From Candidatus Latescibacterota bacterium (GTDB taxonomy: Bacteria; Latescibacterota; UBA2968; UBA8231), in the NCBI GenBank assembly GCA_965248265.1, contig CBDFJF010000002.1:2208001-2272000 (forward strand): a DNA stretch of 64,000 bases, read 5' to 3'. The notes beneath the pieces are model-generated. The model saw only the letters and a program-made list of their open reading frames with translations. It did no database searches and was not told where the DNA came from. Made by a program: the position numbers and the translations under genes. Positions 58,800-64,000 of the stretch are shown piece after piece. Position 1 is the first letter of the stretch, and every line of letters starts with the position of its first letter.

Positions 58800-60062
58800 T
58801 CAGCCGGTTTCCCATATCGGCCCATCCTGCTCCTGCAGCTGCCTCCAGATGCGGTCGAAGTCCTCGCTGCCGTCATCCTCGCGCTCGTCGAGCCGTATGC
58901 CAGGGGCGTAGGCGTCGTCGACGCCCAGTTTCATCAGATTCTCCGCCTGCTGGAGATTGCGGTAGTAGTGCTTCACTCCGCCGGGCAGCGAGACCACCGA
59001 AAACCAGCGCTTCCAGTCCGGCTCGGGCTCGTCGCTGTAGCGCTTAACGGCGTCTTCGTCGAGCTCGACCCCAAGGCCCGGACCTTCAGGCACCTTCATG
59101 AAACCGCGCTGGACCGGGTGTTCCTCCGTGATCAGGTCGTCGACGTAGGCGTGACTGCACGTCACGCCGGGCAGCATCGCCGTGTGCATGACCGCGCCCA
59201 GCTGACACGCGAAGGCGGCCGTGATCCCGTTCCCGGCGTACTGCAGCAGGATCGGTGTGTTCGCGGAAGCGAAGGTCCACGAAGCGGCGATGGCATTGCG
59301 GATATTCTCATGACTGCACAGGGCCCCGTCGTAGTCGCCGGCACGCAGCCCCAGCCAGGGGCCCGAGGGCTGTCGCGTCGGCCCGTCGAGGACGGTGCCC
59401 ACCCCGTGCAGGTAGAAGGGGATGCGGCTCTGCCGGTGCAGCCGTCGCCAGCCTTCGACGTCGTGAGCGAAGATGGGCTCTTCCAGGCCTTTGACGACGG
59501 GGATCTTCTCGAGCTCGCGCACGATCGGCAGTGCCTTTTCGACGTTGATCAGAGAGCCGTTGAAGTCGAATTCGACGCGGAAGTCGGGCGGGGCCGCCTC
59601 CTGCATCGCCTGCGCCTGCTCGATGATGTCATAGAAAGCGCGCGCCTTGCACTTGAGGCCTCTGTAGCCGCGCGCGGCCGCCTCCGCCACCTCGGCGGCA
59701 GAGTCCTCCGGTGACATGCACGGCATCCACCATCCCATGCTCACCCACTGGCGCCGCTGCTGGCCCCACAGTTTCCATGCGGGTATGCCGAGGTGCTTGC
59801 CCATAAGGTCGTAACAAGCCATGTCGAGGTTGAACAGGCCCGTGTCCATGGCGTGGTCGAAGGGATCAGTGCCCAGATACGGATCGAGAACATCCTGCGC
59901 GAACGGCCCACCCGGGTTTTCACCGAGGCCGACGAGTCCGTTATCGGTGTGGAACTTGCAGACTGTCACCTCCTCCCGCATGGCGAAGTGGTGGTATTGC
60001 GTGCGGATGCGGTCTTCGTAGGGCACGCGCAGCGGGATCACTTCTATATCGGTGATCTTCAT
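58800..60062 (-). CDS. Mandelate racemase/muconate lactonising enzyme family protein
   Basis: MKITDIEVIPL, HTDNGLVGLGE, DMACYDLMGK, GYRGLKCK, DFN, LEEP, VPEGPGLGVELD. Confidence 0.88.
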   Translation of the reverse strand: MKITDIEVIPLRVPYEDRIRTQYHHFAMREEVTVCKFHTDNGLVGLGENPGGPFAQDVLDPYLGTDPFDHAMDTGLFNLDMACYDLMGKHLGIPAWKLWGQQRRQWVSMGWWMPCMSPEDSAAEVAEAAARGYRGLKCKARAFYDIIEQAQAMQEAAPPDFRVEFDFNGSLINVEKALPIVRELEKIPVVKGLEEPIFAHDVEGWRRLHRQSRIPFYLHGVGTVLDGPTRQPSGPWLGLRAGDYDGALCSHENIRNAIAASWTFASANTPILLQYAGNGITAAFACQLGAVMHTAMLPGVTCSHAYVDDLITEEHPVQRGFMKVPEGPGLGVELDEDAVKRYSDEPEPDWKRWFSVVSLPGGVKHYYRNLQQAENLMKLGVDDAYAPGIRLDEREDDGSEDFDRIWRQLQEQDGPIWETG

Positions 60063-60151
60063 GTGAGAGCTCCCTTGGACCTTTGGCTTGCAATACGAGC
60101 GAATATGCTGCAATTCTGTTCCCAGACCAGCAACCATTCGGGGGGACTATC

Positions 60152-60349
60152 GTGGACAGCAGACTGGACCTGCAGGATCGCGTCGCCATCGTCACCGGCG
60201 CAGCGCGAGGGATTGGCCGCAAGATCGCCGAGGATTTCATCTCTCACGGAGCGACGTCGTCGTCGGTGATATCCTCGACGAGGTGGGAAAGCAAACGGCT
60301 GACGAGCTCGGAGCGGCGGCGTCCTTCGTGCACTGCGACATCAGCGACA
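60152..60349 (+). pseudogene. SDR N-terminal fragment (frameshifted, truncated)
   Basis: LQDRVAIVTGAARGIGRKIA then VVVGDILDEVG..FVHCDISD; joined to the repeat at 60348. Confidence 0.8.
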
Positions 60350-60503
60350 TGGTTTGAAATCGGTCGAAGACTGCGTGGCGTACGCCGTCAAGTCACTCGA
60401 AGGCACCGGCGTCGGGGTCTGTTTCCGCTCCTATTCACCCGATGTCAGGCAGCAGTACTGGGACCTCGGAGTCCAGGTAGTGCTCGAGCAGCCGAAGGTC
60501 TGA
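60348..60503 (+). repeat. Second copy of the aldolase 3' fragment (start of direct repeat copy B)
   Basis: Near-identical to 58099..58254. Confidence 0.9.
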
Positions 60504-60524
60504 CGATCGATCACTGATCCCAGA

Positions 60525-61490
60525 TCATTTCATATCCGCTAGAGCACAGATGGTCATGGCGCAGTCGGAGCTATAGGACAGACGCATTGGCGATGGCGCG
60601 TTGCGATGGTCACCCGGTCGGGGGCTCCATAGACCATCCCCTTCCTGATATCCGAGCAGGACGTCTCCGAGGGCACGGGCGCGCTCGACAAGTCGAGGAT
60701 CACCGGTATCGGCGTGCAGGTTCAGCATGGACCAGCCGAATTTCGTGGCGCGGCCGAAGTGGGCCGGATCGAGACGGTGGCTGTAGACGATGTCGACGTA
60801 ACGAGCTGCGCTCTCAAAGTAGCGCGGTTCACCGGTCGCCCGACCCACCCAGACCAGGGTGTTGATCACGGTGGCGAAGGTGGCGGGTCGCTGCTCATCC
60901 AGCGTCGAGTCGAATCGCTTGTCCCACTCAGCAGAGGCTGGGTGGGCCACGACAGTCCCGTCGCGCCGGTAGCGGTTGTAGAACCGTCCGGGCTCCGGCT
61001 GTGCCCCGAGGATGGCAGTGAACCCGTCGGCCATGCGACGAGCGGGCTCCGTCCTGCCGGCGGCGATCAGGCCCATGCCGGCGCCGCCCGAGAAGCAAAC
61101 CTCTGCGACTTCCTCTCCGGCGTCTTCGTCCGGCAACACCATCCCCCCGCAGCAAGGGTCCTGACGTTGTTCGAGGGCGTTGACCATGCTCGCGGCTAGG
61201 TCGTACTGCTCAGTGGCGACAGCACCCAATGCCAGCCAACCCATGGCATACACCCGGTTTTCCAGCGGCAAGTCAAAGCCGAATTCGCCGTCGTCGTCGA
61301 TGAGATGCCCATTCACGTACCTCGCAACGCGGGCGCCAAGGCTCCGGGCCCCGCAGGCAGCGGCCAGGTAGGGCACCTTGTAGTAGGCGCCGCCATTATC
61401 GGGAGCTTCGACGAACCTGCCGTCCGCGTCGAAACGTTCATCTAGCCAGCAACGGACGCGGTTGCGGGCCTCAACGAAGCGGTCACTCAT
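60525..61490 (-). CDS. Hypothetical protein, predicted (alpha/alpha)6 barrel
   Basis: 321 aa, RBS ggag; helical repeats ATGEPRY, DTGDPRL, YQEGDGLW. Confidence 0.65.
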   Translation of the reverse strand: MSDRFVEARNRVRCWLDERFDADGRFVEAPDNGGAYYKVPYLAAACGARSLGARVARYVNGHLIDDDGEFGFDLPLENRVYAMGWLALGAVATEQYDLAASMVNALEQRQDPCCGGMVLPDEDAGEEVAEVCFSGGAGMGLIAAGRTEPARRMADGFTAILGAQPEPGRFYNRYRRDGTVVAHPASAEWDKRFDSTLDEQRPATFATVINTLVWVGRATGEPRYFESAARYVDIVYSHRLDPAHFGRATKFGWSMLNLHADTGDPRLVERARALGDVLLGYQEGDGLWSPRPGDHRNAPSPMRLSYSSDCAMTICALADMK

Positions 61491-61609
61491 GTGTCAAGCT
61501 CCGGTCACTCCAGGGCCTTGGCGATTTTCTTTGAGTAGTCGTTCCACACATCCCAATCGCTTCTCCTAGTTTCTTCCCTTTGATGCTACCGCCGCAGGGG
61601 AACGTCATC

Positions 61610-61740
61610 TTGACTGAAAGCTGGCAGCCGCTGGACAAGGAGGGTACCGCCTGGGGTCAGATGCTCAGCCGGCACGGCGTTCATACCAGATGATCCGGGA
61701 CACGCCCATGCAGGCCATGGACTGCATGGAGATCAACAGC
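61610..61740 (+). pseudogene. Possible internal sulfatase fragment
   Basis: SWQPLDKEGTAWGQMLSRHGVHT / MIRDTPM across a frameshift. Confidence 0.3.
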
Positions 61741-61926
61741 AAGCGCGATCCGCTCTACCGTAAGTGGTTATAAACAGCATTGTCGTTCGTCTGTCAACAG
61801 GATTTCGAGCGAGAACGACACTCCCGTGGACGCAGCTTGAACCACGGCCCTCCCGTGGCTATTGTGTCGGCCTGACCCGGCGCGCCAGGCCGTGCCTCGC
61901 CGCCATCCCCTTCTCCCCTCGCGAGC

Positions 61927-62125
61927 GTGGGCCAATTCCGATCCCCCGGCACCGGCTGTACCTACCGCGGACTCATCGTCGGCACCCTCGGGTGCATCGT
62001 CGTCGTGGCGGGGTTCAACTACTCCACCTACGTTCTCCACGTCGGGGCTTGGTCCACCTGGCACTACGCGATCGGCGCCAACCTCATGCTGTTCCTGATG
62101 GTGCTGGTCTTGAACCCCCTGGGGG
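61927..62125 (+). pseudogene. N-terminal fragment of a DUF6785-like membrane protein
   Basis: TYRGLIVGTLGCIVV..NLMLFLMVLVLNPL resembles the N-termini of 3987..5972 and 14614..16530; cut by a repeat end. Confidence 0.6.
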
Positions 62126-62210
62126 ACGAGGAACGATAAGGGCCCGTTATAGGGAGTCAAGATCGCTTGCGGCTTGGTGTCGACTGAAAGCTTGAGGCTT
62201 TTTGAGGGGT
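62125..62210 (-). mobile_element. IS91/ISCR-like oriIS end relic, copy 8
   Basis: gaggaacgataagggcccgttatagggagtcaagatcgcttgcggcttggtgtcgactgaaagcttgaggctttttga. Confidence 0.75.
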
Positions 62211-62257
62211 GCGATGTGCGTTTCGCTGAGCTCGTCGGGCATGATGGTCTTGGATTC

Positions 62258-63118
62258 GATGCATGCGTTCGTGGGCGCCATTTTCCTGCGGCGATGCCGG
62301 GCGGATCCGCTGGTGCACGATGCCGAGCCTCATCCACCAAACGTTGAGTCGGCATAGCCCATGCAATCCTCTGGAAGCAAAGGGAACGCCGTTGTCGGTG
62401 CGAATGGCCTGAGGCAGGCCGAATTCGCGGAAGGCTCTCTCGAAGACCGGACGCGCATGCAAGGTCTTGATGTCGGGCAGGGCGCGGCAGGTCAGGAGAT
62501 AGCGAGTGTGCTGATCGCTGATGGTGAGAGGGAAACACCAAACTCCGTTCTTGGTAGGAAATTGGCCTTTGAAGTCGGCCGTCCACAGATCGTTGGGGTT
62601 GTCGGTGGTCGGCGGCACGGCTCCGGGGTGCTGACGTGGGCGTCGTCGTCGTCGCTTCTTCACCAGGCCTTCGCGCACCAGCAGATCGCCTGCCGTACTG
62701 ACCGCCGGCCAGGAGCAGATGTGCGGATGTCGAGGCGCCAGCCAGTCCAACAGTTTGTTCGGTCCCCAATCGGGGTGCCGTGTGCGCGCTCCGAGAATGA
62801 GCTCGGCAATCTCTGGCGCCATGCGATGCGGACAGGTGTGGGGCGCGTGACTGCGGTCCTGTAACCCGGGCACCCCCTCTTCGGCGTGCCGCTGAAGCCA
62901 CTTGTATCCGGTTTTGCGGCTGATCCCGTATCGCTCGCACAGCTCCGCTCTCGAGTAGTGCCCGCGCTGATCGTCGGCGATAAATCGCTTACGTTGTTCC
63001 ATGGGTGCTGTCTCCATCCAGGGCATCGACCAACCTCCCAATTGGGGTTGGTCAAAAAGTAGAAGGAGTGTCACCCATCAACCCGGTCAGATGTGTTACC
63101 AATCTACCCGGTTTGTAC
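62258..63118 (-). mobile_element. IS481-family element, 3'-truncated (transposase ATG at 63026; left end 63069..63118)
   Basis: MPWMET..LCERYGISRKTGYKW, PDWGP, WTADFKG, IRTDNG, PQENGAHERMHR then breaks; the end carries tandem tgt(c/t)acc.atc.acccggt repeats. Confidence 0.9.
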
Positions 63119-63119
63119 C

Positions 63120-63154
63120 GAGACGGGGACCTAACGGGCCGTTTTCACGCAACG
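63120..63154. repeat. 35-bp dispersed repeat (other copy at 57892..57926)
   Basis: Direct sequence match, 2 mismatches. Confidence 0.85.
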
Positions 63155-63170
63155 TATGGAGACTGCATGA

Positions 63171-64000
63171 ATGGCAGACAGCATTTTTCTGAAATGGCCG
63201 GCGTGCGGCGCCTTCGAGATCGTGCTCGGAGACGTCAACATCGCCATCGATCCCTACCTGTTCGGCGAGGCCCTGGAGAACGCCCAGCCGGTCTTCGACT
63301 ACATCTTCATCAGCCATGAGCATTTCGACCACTGCCATCCCAAGACGCTCAAGAAGCTCTGCCGCGGGGATCGCTTCAAGAAGCTGTATGTCAATATCGG
63401 CTGTCTGACGCCGGCTGAGCCCGTCGACGAGACCTACGGTGACGCCGGGTTCGGACGCGATCTGCCGATAGACAAGCACATCCCCGCGGAGAAAGTGCAG
63501 GCGATCTATCCCAAGTACGGGGACGACGACGATCGCACCTGGCCCGAACCGTGTGAGCTCGACCTCGGGCCGATCCTGGTCGAAGCGGTGGAAAGCGGAG
63601 AGCAGGCGCGACCGGACCTCGTCACCTGCGGCTTTCTCATCACGCACAAGGAGAAGAACGTCTCATTCTACCACACCGGTGACTTGCACAAGTCGTTTCC
63701 GGCGATGGAAAATCTGCGCGGACGCGTCGACTACCTCATTCACATGAAGACCTACGTCGGTGCATGGGATGAGTTCGGTCGGTGGCTGGAGACGATCCAG
63801 CCGCGCTTTTTCATACCGATCCACTACCGCACCGACAGGGAGAGCGAACCGGTGCCGGCCGGACACTGGCCACCCAACCTCACCGACGTCAATGCCTACC
63901 TCGAAGACCTCAGACAACACCTGCCAGCAGGCGTCGAGATGCTGCCGTTCACTTCGGGCGTCGAGTATGAAGTCAAGATGCCGCAGAAGAGGGTCGTCTG
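63171..64000 (+). CDS. MBL-fold metallo-hydrolase (UlaG-like), runs off the window
   Basis: Not in the ORF track because it has no stop: MADSIFLKWPACGAFEI..IDPYL..ISHEHFDHCH..FYHTGD..IPIHY; RBS ggag. Confidence 0.85.
   Translation, partial: MADSIFLKWPACGAFEIVLGDVNIAIDPYLFGEALENAQPVFDYIFISHEHFDHCHPKTLKKLCRGDRFKKLYVNIGCLTPAEPVDETYGDAGFGRDLPIDKHIPAEKVQAIYPKYGDDDDRTWPEPCELDLGPILVEAVESGEQARPDLVTCGFLITHKEKNVSFYHTGDLHKSFPAMENLRGRVDYLIHMKTYVGAWDEFGRWLETIQPRFFIPIHYRTDRESEPVPAGHWPPNLTDVNAYLEDLRQHLPAGVEMLPFTSGVEYEVKMPQKRVV

Noticed and set aside
55808-62210. CRISPR array from the recurring gaacgataagggcc repeat
   Set aside because: Copies are kilobases apart, long and degenerate; no regular spacers and no cas genes.

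Overview
GC-rich bacterial window. The gene content suggests a Candidatus Latescibacterota/Poribacteria-like heterotroph such as a sponge symbiont, but this is inference: five PhyH dioxygenases, heparinase II/III-like lyases, uncharacterised beta-propeller hydrolases, DUF6785/6784-type membrane proteins, a sulfatase, FlgD/T9SS-like C-terminal domains and a 'TAVESASWGQVK' tail. There are no rRNA genes, no intact tRNA, no CRISPR array and essentially no intact core housekeeping genes. The intact genes are mostly catabolic. Between them lie more than 15 gene fragments, including SMUG1, serA, an enolase-family gene, ASPIC/UnbV, Kelch, MlrC, HpcH aldolase, SDR, VOC, higBA and IS1595/IS481/IS91 transposases. 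The most striking unexplained structure is a dispersed family of eight short ends with consensus approx. GGATA.GAACGATAAGGGCCCGTTA.AGGTAGTCAAGATC. One of them is the downstream (oriIS-like) end of an IS91/ISCR-type transposase relic. Seven of the eight termini abut a broken gene, seven share one orientation, and two are fused back-to-back into a 250-bp MITE-like unit. Also present are a tRNA-Leu(TAA) 3' half with an integrase-arm-like motif (att-site relic) and two local segmental duplications. All calls were made by eye, without database searches.
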